A stretch of 35,988 bases of DNA, taken from NCBI GenBank assembly GCA_964408285.1, contig CAYOYV010000016.1, forward strand, positions 1 to 35,988, written 5' to 3'. The stretch is from an uncultured Nitrososphaerota archaeon. GTDB lineage: Archaea; Thermoproteota; EX4484-205; JAAOZO01. Shown piece after piece: positions 7,742-16,354 of the stretch. Each line of letters begins with the position of its first letter. Position 1 is the first letter of the stretch. Under the pieces are notes generated by a model that was given only the letters and a program-made list of their open reading frames with translations, made no database searches and was not told the origin of the DNA. Made by a program: the position numbers and the translations under genes.

Positions 7742-9781
7742 ATGGAAGAAAAAGTGGAACTCTACAGAGAATTTGGAGAGCGCATCATACCGCCTTCGTG
7801 GAAAGACAAGACTTGGACTCCTGATGAATTCAAGAAGTTCTACAACGATACCGTAAAGGACAAAGAGGCGATTGAGAAATGGTGGGGAAAATGGGCAAAC
7901 GAACTTGCTTGGTTCAAGCGATGGGAAAGGGTTCTTGACGACAGCAACCCGCCATTCTACCGATGGTTCGTTGGGGGCGAAACAAACCTTGCATATCTAT
8001 GTGCAGATTGGCAGGTTGAGAAGGGAAGGAAGAACAAGTTAGCTCTGGTCTGGGAAGGAGAACCAGTCGATCAGGATACTGGAGAGCCGAAGGAGATCAG
8101 AAAATTCACCTATAATGATCTGTACAGAACGTCAAATAGAATCGCTTCCGCCCTCAAGGAGAAACTCAATGTGAAGGAGGGAGAAATACTGACCTTCTAT
8201 CTGCCCATGATTCCAGAGCTTCCCTTTTACATGCTCGCTGTCCAGAGACTAGGAGCGAACCACAGTATCGTTTATAGTGGATTCAGTGCTGTTGCGATCG
8301 CCGATAGAGCCCAAGCAGCTGGCTCAAGGGTAATCGTCACAGCTGATGGCCTGTATAGAAGGGGCAAGATATTGAAACTCAAAGAGGTAATTGATGAGGC
8401 CGTGAAAATACTTGATGAGAGGGGACATACAATAGAGAAAGTCATCGTAGTCAGAAGAACCGACAGATCAGACATACCTTGGAACGAGAAAAAAGATGTT
8501 TGGCATCACGAGCTGATAAGAGATGTCTCTGAGAACACAAGGATCGAAGGGGTAGGCGCTTCATCGGAGGACTTTTCATATATACTCTACACATCTGGAA
8601 CAACTGGCGCTCCAAAGGGATCTCAGATTCCTGTCGGTGGTTACGCGGTCGGATTATATGCCACGATGAGGATGATATTTGATATTAGGGATGAAGATAT
8701 CTATTGGTGCACCGCAGACATTGGATGGGTTACTGGACATTCCTATATAGTGTATGGGCCGTTCATGACAGGAACCACGTCCGTTATGTATGAAGGGGCA
8801 CCCGATTACCCCAGTCCGGACAGGTGGTGGAGCATCATCGAGAGATATGGAGTCAGTGTGTTCTACACGACGCCTACAGCCATAAGGATGTTGATGAAGT
8901 TCCCAGAGGAACTTGTGAAGAAGCATGACTTCTCAACGATAAGAATCGCACATTCAGTGGGAGAACCAATCAATCCAGAGGCCTTCAGATGGCTCTATGC
9001 GCATGTCTGCAGGAACGATGCGGTCTCCACAAGTACATGGTGGATGACGGAGACGGGCCAAATGCTGACGGGTCATTTCCCAGGGCTAGGCAAGATCTTC
9101 CCACTCAAACCAGGAACTAACGGCTACATTATCCCCGGCGTTCGTGCGGAGGTCGTTGACGAAGACGGAAAGCCTTGCCCCTCAGGAGTCAGGGGGTATT
9201 TCGTGATAGGGACACCTTGGCCGGGAATGTTCATGACTCTATACAAGGATCCAGAAAGATACACCAACATATATTGGAGGAGATGGCCCGGTTACTTCTG
9301 GACAGGCGATTATGCAGTCAAGGATCCAGATGGATACTTCTGGGTCTTGGGAAGAGCTGATGATGTTCTCAAAGTCGCAGGACACAGAATAGGAACTGCC
9401 GAAATCGAATCGGCAATGATCCTGCATCCAACCATTGCGGAATCGGCTTGTGTTGGAAAACCTGATGAAATAAAGGGAGAAGTCCCACAGATATTCGCGG
9501 TGCTCAAGCAAGGTTACGATGGCACTCCAGAACTTGAAAATGAGTTGAAAATGCACTTGAGGAAAACAATCGGGCCCCTTGTGTCATCTGATGCCACAAT
9601 AATCTTCATCAATGCAGTTCCGAAAACCAGAAGCGGCAAGATCATGAGAAGACTTCTGAGAGCGGTGGTCAGCGATAGACCGCTTGGGGATGTCACAACT
9701 TTAGAGGACGAGGCTGCCGTTAAAGAGGTCTCGGAAGCCTATGTCACTCTGAAGAAGGTAGTTGAAGAAAAGACCCGATAG
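7742..9781 (+). CDS. acs: AMP-forming acetyl-CoA synthetase
   Basis: YTSGTTGAPKG, WCTADIGWVTGHSYIVYGP, SVGEPINPEA, TWWMTETG, GRADDVLKVAGHRIG, PKTRSGKIMRR. Confidence 0.96.
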   Translation: MEEKVELYREFGERIIPPSWKDKTWTPDEFKKFYNDTVKDKEAIEKWWGKWANELAWFKRWERVLDDSNPPFYRWFVGGETNLAYLCADWQVEKGRKNKLALVWEGEPVDQDTGEPKEIRKFTYNDLYRTSNRIASALKEKLNVKEGEILTFYLPMIPELPFYMLAVQRLGANHSIVYSGFSAVAIADRAQAAGSRVIVTADGLYRRGKILKLKEVIDEAVKILDERGHTIEKVIVVRRTDRSDIPWNEKKDVWHHELIRDVSENTRIEGVGASSEDFSYILYTSGTTGAPKGSQIPVGGYAVGLYATMRMIFDIRDEDIYWCTADIGWVTGHSYIVYGPFMTGTTSVMYEGAPDYPSPDRWWSIIERYGVSVFYTTPTAIRMLMKFPEELVKKHDFSTIRIAHSVGEPINPEAFRWLYAHVCRNDAVSTSTWWMTETGQMLTGHFPGLGKIFPLKPGTNGYIIPGVRAEVVDEDGKPCPSGVRGYFVIGTPWPGMFMTLYKDPERYTNIYWRRWPGYFWTGDYAVKDPDGYFWVLGRADDVLKVAGHRIGTAEIESAMILHPTIAESACVGKPDEIKGEVPQIFAVLKQGYDGTPELENELKMHLRKTIGPLVSSDATIIFINAVPKTRSGKIMRRLLRAVVSDRPLGDVTTLEDEAAVKEVSEAYVTLKKVVEEKTR

Positions 9782-9822
9782 GACAACGATAGGAAGGGGG
9801 ACATACAGAAGGCAGCAATCCA

Positions 9823-11067
9823 ATGGCAATCGCTAGAGTAATGGGCATAGATGCGCAGAGAGGAAGATGGCTACTTGTCCTAGTCGGATTCCTGATGAAC
9901 ATGTGTCTAGGAGCCATCTATGCGTTTAGCGTGTTCAGAAAACCTTTGGAAGGATTGTGGGCAATAAGCGCGGCCCAGAGCGGACTGCCGTTCATGGTCT
10001 TTCTCGCCACATTCGCCTTCGTCATGCCCATTGCGGGGAGTTGGATGGTAAAATGGGGCCCTAAGAAGACAAGCATGCTTGGAGGCCTGCTCGTTGGGAT
10101 GGGATGGATGGGAGCAAGTTTTTCCCCAAGTATAGAGGTCTTGGCAATACTCTATGGAATTATCGGTGGAGCTGGCGTCGGGATCACCTATGGCTGCCCG
10201 ATTGCCGTCACGGCCAGATGGTTCCCTCACAAGGGTGGTCTACCCATTGGTTTGACTGTCATGGGTTTTGGGATATCCGCACTGGTCATGGCGCCGATAA
10301 TGAATGCATTGATAGGAGCAGTTGGACCATTGCAGGCCTTTCTCTATCTCGGCATAGTGTTTCTGGTGGCGGTGGTTCTCCTGTCTCTTCCGCTTAGCTT
10401 TCCGCCAACGGGATGGACCTCTGGATTGGAACCAAAGCCTGCCAAAACAACTGCCCCACTCGGGGAGATTGACATCAGCAGAGGAGAAATGACCAAGACG
10501 ACCGCATTCTATGCGCTATGGTCCACCTATGCAATAGGATGCTTGGCCGGCCTGATGGCCATCGGGATAGCATCTCCATTTGGAACAGAAGTCGCGAGAC
10601 TTGATGCCACAACAGCTGCCTTTGCGGTTTCACTTTTCGCAGTATTCAATGGCATAGGGAGGCCCATATTCGGAATGATCACAGATAGGACAGGCCCAAG
10701 ATATGCCAGCATGCTCTCCTTCGCGCTTGTACTTGGCGCATCTGTTGCGCTCTACTTTGCAGGCGAGGGTAGTTCCACTGTGTACTTCGTCGCTTTCAGC
10801 ATTTTTTGGTTGAACCTTGGTGGATGGCTGGCGTTGGCTCCGACCGCGACCAGAATACTCTTCGGGATGAAATACTACTCGCAAAACTACGGGCTCGTGT
10901 TTACGGCCTACGGGGTCGGAGCGATCGTGGGTACTTCCGCTTCTGGGACGCTGAGAGACATTACTGGAACATACTTGACTGTTTTTCCAGTCGTAATGGC
11001 GTTGACCGTTGCCGGGATGATTATCGCTTTTCTTGCACTGAAGCCTGTGAAGACTAGGACACCATAG
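9823..11067 (+). CDS. MFS transporter, oxalate/formate antiporter (OFA) family
   Basis: About 12 hydrophobic segments; GAIYAFSVF, WFPHKGGL..G..V.GFG, FNGIGRPIFG...DR.G, FG.KY...NYGLVFTAYGVG. Confidence 0.9.
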   Translation: MAIARVMGIDAQRGRWLLVLVGFLMNMCLGAIYAFSVFRKPLEGLWAISAAQSGLPFMVFLATFAFVMPIAGSWMVKWGPKKTSMLGGLLVGMGWMGASFSPSIEVLAILYGIIGGAGVGITYGCPIAVTARWFPHKGGLPIGLTVMGFGISALVMAPIMNALIGAVGPLQAFLYLGIVFLVAVVLLSLPLSFPPTGWTSGLEPKPAKTTAPLGEIDISRGEMTKTTAFYALWSTYAIGCLAGLMAIGIASPFGTEVARLDATTAAFAVSLFAVFNGIGRPIFGMITDRTGPRYASMLSFALVLGASVALYFAGEGSSTVYFVAFSIFWLNLGGWLALAPTATRILFGMKYYSQNYGLVFTAYGVGAIVGTSASGTLRDITGTYLTVFPVVMALTVAGMIIAFLALKPVKTRTP

Positions 11068-11172
11068 TGAGGCATTCCGCGTGCTGACTTATCGGCTAGC
11101 CACGGTTGATCTTGAGAGACGATAAGGATTTATTGAGGCTTTGAGTTCTCGAGGGGCGAATTACGTTCGGAG

Positions 11173-11772
11173 GTGGCGGCGCTGGCGAGACCGAAGACTG
11201 TAGCGATCATCGCTGTCTTTGCAGCGTTGACCGTGGCGCTGAATCTCTCCCCCGTAAAATTCCCAGCCCCCTTCGCTCCGTTTCTAATATATCAGATATG
11301 GGAGGTGCCAATAGTCACTGCCTTCTTGATCCATGGTCCCATCGTCGGAGTCATGATATCAATCATAAACACAATGGCCCTTCTGGTCGTTTTCCCCGGG
11401 GCGCTGCCAACCGGTCCATTCTACAATCTCGCAGCTGTCCTGAGCATGCTATCTGGAATCTACATTTCAGAGAAATGGGTCATCAATCGTATGAAGGGAA
11501 ACGGAGAGAGAATCCAGATGGCTTTCTCGTCCCTCCTTGGGATTGTGTCACGAGTGGGAATAATGACGGTCGTGAATGCCATCTTCTTACCCTTCCCACC
11601 TCCAATTGGATTTGATATGCCAATGGCCGCCGTCATCGCGATCATGCCCCTCATAGGTCTATTCAACGCAACGCTTGCGCTGTACACCATACCACTTGGC
11701 TATTTCTTGCAGAAGGCTGTATGTTCGGCGATGAAGATCAGGAGATGGGGTTCTCCAGCGACAGATAGCTAG
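11173..11772 (+). CDS. ECF transporter substrate-binding (S) component, RibU-like
   Basis: About 6 TM segments; AIIAVFAALTVAL, PFL.YQIWEVP, FNATLAL pattern; GTG start. Substrate not determinable. Confidence 0.75.
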   Translation: MAALARPKTVAIIAVFAALTVALNLSPVKFPAPFAPFLIYQIWEVPIVTAFLIHGPIVGVMISIINTMALLVVFPGALPTGPFYNLAAVLSMLSGIYISEKWVINRMKGNGERIQMAFSSLLGIVSRVGIMTVVNAIFLPFPPPIGFDMPMAAVIAIMPLIGLFNATLALYTIPLGYFLQKAVCSAMKIRRWGSPATDS

Positions 11773-11776
11773 AACC

Positions 11777-12487
11777 ATGAGTTGCATTCGCATGCCCCAA
11801 GATGATGCGAAAGGGGATACAGGAAGGGTCCAAGGGCGATCTCTACATTCGGCTCTGAAGACCGCATATAGCGCTCCAGGAGACAGGCTTGAGGCAATGG
11901 TTGAGGGCTACTTGGTTGACATCGCCCGGGGCGAATTGCTCATCGAAATCCAGACACAAAACTTCGCTGCATTGAAGGAGAAGCTCGTCAGCCTACTGAG
12001 GAATCATGAAGTGCGGGTTGTCTTGCCAATATCCATCGAGAAATGGATCATCATGTTGGCGATTGACAAGCGTACGTTCATCCGCAAGCGAAGGTCTCCG
12101 AAGCGAGGAAGGAAAGAGGATGTCTTTCGCGAGTTGGTGAGTTTCCCTGAACTGGTCCGCAATCCGAGATTTTCATTAGAGCTTGTTATGATAAGAGAGG
12201 AGGAGCTTCGATATAGGACTCCACCCAGGGGAAGATTCCGGAAGAGCTGGAGCACGCTTGACCGCCGTCTGATTGGAATTTCAGATCGGATCTTGTTCAG
12301 ATCTCCTGAGGACTTCCTATCCTTGCTCCCTCAGACAATCAAATCGCCCTTCATAACGCGGGATCTCGCGAGGGCGCTGAATCTTCCAGTCGGACTCGCT
12401 CAGAAGATGGTCTACTGCCTTCGTGGCATGGGTGTCATCGGGATGGTGGGAAGGAAGGCGAAATCCAGACTGTACGCGCGACTATAG
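11777..12487 (+). CDS. Uncharacterised protein with PD-(D/E)XK nuclease-like motifs and C-terminal wHTH
   Basis: SLHSALK, E..VEGYLVDI....LIEIQT, RRSPKRG; C-terminal FITRDLARALNLPVGLAQKMVYCLRGMG HTH. Start may be ATG 11792. Confidence 0.6.
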   Translation: MSCIRMPQDDAKGDTGRVQGRSLHSALKTAYSAPGDRLEAMVEGYLVDIARGELLIEIQTQNFAALKEKLVSLLRNHEVRVVLPISIEKWIIMLAIDKRTFIRKRRSPKRGRKEDVFRELVSFPELVRNPRFSLELVMIREEELRYRTPPRGRFRKSWSTLDRRLIGISDRILFRSPEDFLSLLPQTIKSPFITRDLARALNLPVGLAQKMVYCLRGMGVIGMVGRKAKSRLYARL

Positions 12488-12550
12488 CGATATAGCCGCG
12501 AAATGAAGGTATTGCGGAATGTTTTTAGAGGATGATGGGGAAGGGCGGAT

Positions 12551-12799
12551 ATGGTCTCAATCAAGCTTAGGGTCGAAGGAGCCAAGTCGGAACTCTTGGA
12601 TGAACTGGAATCATTTCTAAGGAGGAAGGTGAGCAAGGACCTGAGCAGAAGTGACAAGGTGTTTGAGTTCCCAAATAGCGTGAAACGCGGCGATGTGGTA
12701 GATGCAGTCAGATGGTTTTCCGCAAAGAAAGTGAGGCAGGTGAAGTTACAGAGAATTCTGTCCAAGGACGAGATAGTCCTGAAGAAGATTGGAGATTAG
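12551..12799 (+). CDS. Small basic protein, putative eL22 (L22e)-like ribosomal protein
   Basis: 82 aa, Lys/Arg rich; LESFLRRKV, LSRSDKVF and SKDEIVLK line up by eye with eL22 segments FEQFLQERI, IERSKSKI and SKESYELR. CDS is likely; identity is tentative. Confidence 0.5.
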   Translation: MVSIKLRVEGAKSELLDELESFLRRKVSKDLSRSDKVFEFPNSVKRGDVVDAVRWFSAKKVRQVKLQRILSKDEIVLKKIGD

Positions 12800-12824
12800 G
12801 AAGCCGGCAGTCTGAGCCATGAGA

Positions 12825-14174
12825 TCAGAATAGGAAGGTCTTGGCATTCTCTCTGCCGCCCAGTTCGCCGGCGAAGTTGTGAAGCATAAGCCTCCTGACA
12901 TCCTCAAGGGCGAAGTTATGTCCAAGAAGCCAGCCGAGCTTCACGTATGCCGTCTCGGCAAGCATATCCTCCAAGTAGACTACCCCCAACTTCAGGATGA
13001 TCCTGGCATTCCTGTACACATACGGGTCAACACGGCCATAGATGCATTGGGAGGCCATTCCTACGAATGCACCTTCAGCTAGTGCACGTTCTATTGATTT
13101 CAGCCAAGATGCTTTCTCATCCACCGTCTGGGTCGGAACATGACCCAAACCAGAGCCCAGTATTATGAACCCCCTATAGCCCTTGTCCAGCAAGAAATCC
13201 AAGAGCTCCGGGTTTGAGTTCGGGTAGGCATACAGCATCGCGGTTTTCTCCTCAAAGGATCCATCGAGCCAAGGATTCTCTTGGGCCCTCGGTTTGACTG
13301 CCTGCTGTAGCATCTCAAGGCGTCCATCCTTGAAGATTCTGGCTACCGGAAGGTCATTTATTGGCCGGAATGCGTTCCTCACGGAGGTGTGCATCTTTCT
13401 CACCTTGGTGCCCCTCAGGACCAGGGCATAATCATCTGAGGAGGAACCATGGAAGCATATCGCAACTATTGAACACGGTAGTTTTGAGGCAGCGTAAGCA
13501 GAGGCTAGGAGATTAAGATCCGCATCCCTGGAGCCTCTGTCAGGCGATCGTTGCGCACCTGTCAGAATCACGGGCGCATTCAGGCCTCTGATCATGAATG
13601 AGAGGGCAGCGGATGTGAAGTGCATCGTATCAGTTCCATGAAGGACGATCACGCCTGCATCCCCCTCAGAGAGAGAGGCTATGACCTTGGAGGCAACCTG
13701 GGCCCATTGGCTCGGCGCCAAGTCCTCTGAAGCCAGCGAGAAGATCCTCTCTGCCTTCCTTATCCTGACGATATCGCCCAACTCCGGGACGCCGAATAAG
13801 ATCTCCTCTGGTGAGAAGAGCATTGCGACTCCTCCCGTGACATAGTCCACCCTAGCGCTTATGGTTCCCCCCGTGGAGAGGATTGTGATGGGCGGAAGAT
13901 CCTTCCTCTGCTCCCTGGTCTCAAGGGAGGGGAATCTCTCGAACTCCGTCTTCCCACTCAGCCTCCTCAAGCCCTCTATTTTGCTCAGCTCGAATCCAAT
14001 GTTGTAGCCATTGGGAAGTTTGATCAGAAGAACATCTGGATTTCCGAAATCCGTTTCCTCCCTTGGCAGTAGAAAGCCCTTGAATTTCCTATGTCCAACT
14101 GTGAACTCGACCTCATCTCCGATCGAAATCTGGCTCCTTTTCAGAAAGTCCTGGACGTTCTGTGAGTATGGCAT
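12825..14174 (-). CDS. gatD: Glu-tRNA(Gln) amidotransferase subunit D
   Basis: N-terminal IKLPNGYNIG domain, STGGTISARVDY.TG, HGTDTMHF, TGAQRSPDR, VRKMHTS.R; adjacent to gatE. Confidence 0.97.
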   Translation of the reverse strand: MPYSQNVQDFLKRSQISIGDEVEFTVGHRKFKGFLLPREETDFGNPDVLLIKLPNGYNIGFELSKIEGLRRLSGKTEFERFPSLETREQRKDLPPITILSTGGTISARVDYVTGGVAMLFSPEEILFGVPELGDIVRIRKAERIFSLASEDLAPSQWAQVASKVIASLSEGDAGVIVLHGTDTMHFTSAALSFMIRGLNAPVILTGAQRSPDRGSRDADLNLLASAYAASKLPCSIVAICFHGSSSDDYALVLRGTKVRKMHTSVRNAFRPINDLPVARIFKDGRLEMLQQAVKPRAQENPWLDGSFEEKTAMLYAYPNSNPELLDFLLDKGYRGFIILGSGLGHVPTQTVDEKASWLKSIERALAEGAFVGMASQCIYGRVDPYVYRNARIILKLGVVYLEDMLAETAYVKLGWLLGHNFALEDVRRLMLHNFAGELGGRENAKTFLF

Positions 14175-14175
14175 G

Positions 14176-16047
14176 CTATGCCACCTTGCTTACCTCCTCT
14201 TCCAAGATCTCATTGATCTTGCTCCCAGGCGCCTTACCCCTGAGCTTTTCCATCGCAATCCCCATCAGGGGCTTGACCGATTCCTTTCCTTTTTTCCTCA
14301 CGAAGTCTATCCTCTGATTCACAATTTCCCTGATTACGCTTCTTATCTCCTCCTCTCCAACTGAACCTGCATATATCGACGCCAAGGAGCTGTCCACATC
14401 GCCACCTTCCGCCAACCTCCGTATGAATTGAGACAACAAGTCCTTTGGCACTCTTTTCTCCGTCATCATTGACAGTCCTCTTATTAGGACTGAATCCTCA
14501 ATCGAATCCACGTTTGCGCCTTCCCTTCTTAACATGGGCAGCGTGTTCAGCAAGCAGGAGGCAGCGAACAACGGTTCAACTCCTGATTTCACTGCGTCTT
14601 CGAAGACCTGAAGCGTCTGCGAGCGCAGCATCTGATTTGCCATGTGCTCAGTGAGACCGAGGGACATTAGTTTCTTTAAGTACACCGAAGGCTTTGGAGG
14701 CAACTTCTCCTTCAATTCACTGAGCATTTCGTCTTTGATTGCGATTGGAGGCAGATCAGTCTCGGGGTACATCCTGGCAGAACCTGGGAGTGGCCTTTGG
14801 TAGGAGGTAGTGCCATCCTCGTTTACCTTGCGCGTTTCTGATGGAACCCCCTTCAATGCCGTTTCCAGCCTGTCATGGATTGCGGTCAAGGCTCTCCTCG
14901 CCCTGTGCTCTTCTCCCAGCACGAGAATGAAGGCAGTGGGCTTGGCTTCGCAATACAGTTTCCTTATTTCAGAGACCTCAGTCTCGGAGATGCCGTATGC
15001 AGGTAGTTCGTCTGAATGTATTATTCCTCCGAGGCCAGCCCAGACCTGAGCGTAATCGGCGAGTTCAGTGCCTAGCCTCCTGTTCGGCTGAAGCGCCCTT
15101 CCAAGCAAGCCCTCAAATCCAGGGACTAAGAGACACATGATTCTGTGGCCATTTGAGATCGCAGACTTGGCCAGTGAGGAATTCGTCTCGGAGAAGGCAG
15201 TTGTAACGTCAATGGGATTGAATCCAGTGGTCTTCGCCTTCCTCTTCCCGAGCTCATTCCTTATCTCAAGAAGGTTGAGCTGTCTTTGGGCCTCGAGGCG
15301 AACGATGTCTCCAAGGAGCTCCAATTCCTGAACGCCCTTTATTTCCTGTCTGCTTCCCCCTTCCACACTTACGTTCAGGTCCTGCCTAATCGTGCCTATT
15401 CCCCTTTGGACATCTCCTGTCAGCCTCAGCATCAGTCCGACCTCTTCTGCAACTTCCAAGGCCTGTTCTGGGGAATGGATGTCGGGTTCTGTAGCCACCT
15501 CAACAAGGGGTATTCCAAGCCTGTCAAGCCTATAGAACGCCTCTCGTGCCTCGCTCTTCTCTATGTATGCTGATTCCTCCTCGAGACAAAGGGTCGCTAG
15601 TCTGACTGGTCCATTTGAGGTCTCTATGATTGAATCGTCTGTTCCTAGGGCGATTAGCATTGTTCTCTGGAAACCAGAGGTGTTGCTACCATCCAACACC
15701 ACCTTTCTCATTACCCTGACTTCGTCCAGTACTTGCATCTTGAACATGAGTGCGATTTTCAAAGCGATTCTGAGTGCCTCTTCGTTCACCAGATGCGGCG
15801 GGGATTCATCCAGTTCCACTAGGCATGCCGAGGACGGCGAATATCCATATTGAAAGGCTCTGGCCCTATGGGCCTCCAACAAGGCCGCGGGGTCATGTTC
15901 TCCCAATTCACTTGAGGAGATCCTGAGATAGCGAGTTTCGTAGCTGTCTGGCTTGACGCCCACCTCAGATGGACAATTGCAGAAGAGCTTGTGCGTCCTA
16001 AGCCTCTGATGCCATTCCAGTCCTACGGTTATCTTGGGAACTCCCAA
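14176..16047 (-). CDS. gatE: Glu-tRNA(Gln) amidotransferase subunit E
   Basis: VGLEWHQRL..KLFCNC, RKVVLDGSNTSGFQRT, LDRLGIPLVEVAT, RGIGTIRQDLNVS, RPLPGSARMYPETD. Confidence 0.97.
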   Translation of the reverse strand: MGVPKITVGLEWHQRLRTHKLFCNCPSEVGVKPDSYETRYLRISSSELGEHDPAALLEAHRARAFQYGYSPSSACLVELDESPPHLVNEEALRIALKIALMFKMQVLDEVRVMRKVVLDGSNTSGFQRTMLIALGTDDSIIETSNGPVRLATLCLEEESAYIEKSEAREAFYRLDRLGIPLVEVATEPDIHSPEQALEVAEEVGLMLRLTGDVQRGIGTIRQDLNVSVEGGSRQEIKGVQELELLGDIVRLEAQRQLNLLEIRNELGKRKAKTTGFNPIDVTTAFSETNSSLAKSAISNGHRIMCLLVPGFEGLLGRALQPNRRLGTELADYAQVWAGLGGIIHSDELPAYGISETEVSEIRKLYCEAKPTAFILVLGEEHRARRALTAIHDRLETALKGVPSETRKVNEDGTTSYQRPLPGSARMYPETDLPPIAIKDEMLSELKEKLPPKPSVYLKKLMSLGLTEHMANQMLRSQTLQVFEDAVKSGVEPLFAASCLLNTLPMLRREGANVDSIEDSVLIRGLSMMTEKRVPKDLLSQFIRRLAEGGDVDSSLASIYAGSVGEEEIRSVIREIVNQRIDFVRKKGKESVKPLMGIAMEKLRGKAPGSKINEILEEEVSKVA

Positions 16048-16320
16048 TTCAGCGGTTGATTTCAGGTCCAGACTTTAAGCTTTGACTGTGAAGGACAGGG
16101 GTTGGCTTTGTCCGAAACCGAACGGAGACTATGAATTCCGAATTTACTCACGGAACTTGAATCTATTCTGAAACACAATCTCGCGATTTGTCGAATTCCA
16201 CGAAGATTTTCAAAGATGCGAAAAAACGCCGGCAGATTGCCGGAGAGCCCTCATCCTCAGCTCGCCACAGATCTGGGACAACTATTCTGAATCTTGCTCC
16301 TAATTCTGTACGATTTGAAA

Positions 16321-16345
16321 TTTTATAAACTCTCCGGCCCGGAGA
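16321..16345 (+). promoter_or_regulatory. TATA box (TTTTATAAA) followed by the palindrome TCTCCGG-C-CCGGAGA, a candidate operator
   Basis: TATA at 16321-16329, about 26 nt before ATG 16355; 7-bp inverted repeat at 16331-16345. Confidence 0.55.
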
Positions 16346-16354
16346 ACACTGTGG

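Noticed and set aside
11068-11172. Possible vitamin riboswitch ahead of the ECF S component
   Set aside because: Region is short and lacks FMN, TPP or cobalamin consensus motifs.
7582-16308. 8-10-mers shared by the acs and surface-protein upstream regions (TTGTCGAATT, CTAATTCTG, CACAATCT)
   Set aside because: Order and spacing are not conserved, and such matches are near chance expectation for two ~300-nt regions.
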